From positions 134,294,001 to 134,358,000 of the forward strand of contig CM059431.1 in assembly GCA_030390025.1 (NCBI GenBank): a stretch of 64,000 bases of DNA, given 5' to 3'. The position numbers and the translations under genes were made by a program. This stretch comes from Squalus acanthias (lineage: Eukaryota). Positions 63,901 through 64,000 of this stretch are shown here, piece by piece. Numbering within the stretch: the stretch's first letter is position 1; each line of letters starts with the position of its first letter. The notes under the pieces are model-generated. The model searched no databases and had not been told where the DNA came from. It saw only the letters and a program-made list of their open reading frames with translations.

Positions 63901-64000
63901 ATGGAGACCCAGATAACTATATTGCCTATTATAGACGAGCCACAGTCTATCTGGCTATGGGTAAATCAAAATCTGCTCTCCCAGACCTAAGTAAGGTCAT
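63901..64000 (+). CDS. DNAJC3: DNAJC3 coding exon 3 (runs off the window end)
   Basis: tttacag|(D)GDPDNYIAYYRRATVYLAMGKSKSALPDLSKV. Confidence 0.97.

Overview
Vertebrate nuclear DNA, most likely from a cartilaginous fish; this is inferred from the repeat families and the DNAJC3 sequence. One host gene is clearly identifiable: DNAJC3/P58IPK on the + strand. Its coding exons 1-3 lie at 36268-36349, 56838-56948 and 63901->64000, and its CpG-rich promoter carries a perfect ERSE (CCAAT-N9-CCACG). Most of the rest is transposable elements. These include a complete PIF/Harbinger transposon (2076-6291; frameshifted DDE transposase plus an intact 3-exon Myb/SANT gene), a second decayed copy and several non-autonomous derivatives. 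Two Penelope-like (GIY-YIG) families carry minimal hammerhead ribozyme motifs and inverted ends. There are many CR1 LINEs, a solo LTR, Deu-domain SINEs and Tc1/pogo-type MITEs. A TSD-bounded RTE LINE has a 3-kb 19-bp minisatellite in its 5' region and sits inside a five-level nest of insertions. I do not see a clearly new biological system. The best leads are the hammerhead-coincident Penelope breakpoints, the RTE-borne satellite, the nearly reconstructable Harbinger, and an X-box island that may be a divergent (DZIP1-like) promoter. TE boundaries without a stated TSD are approximate.
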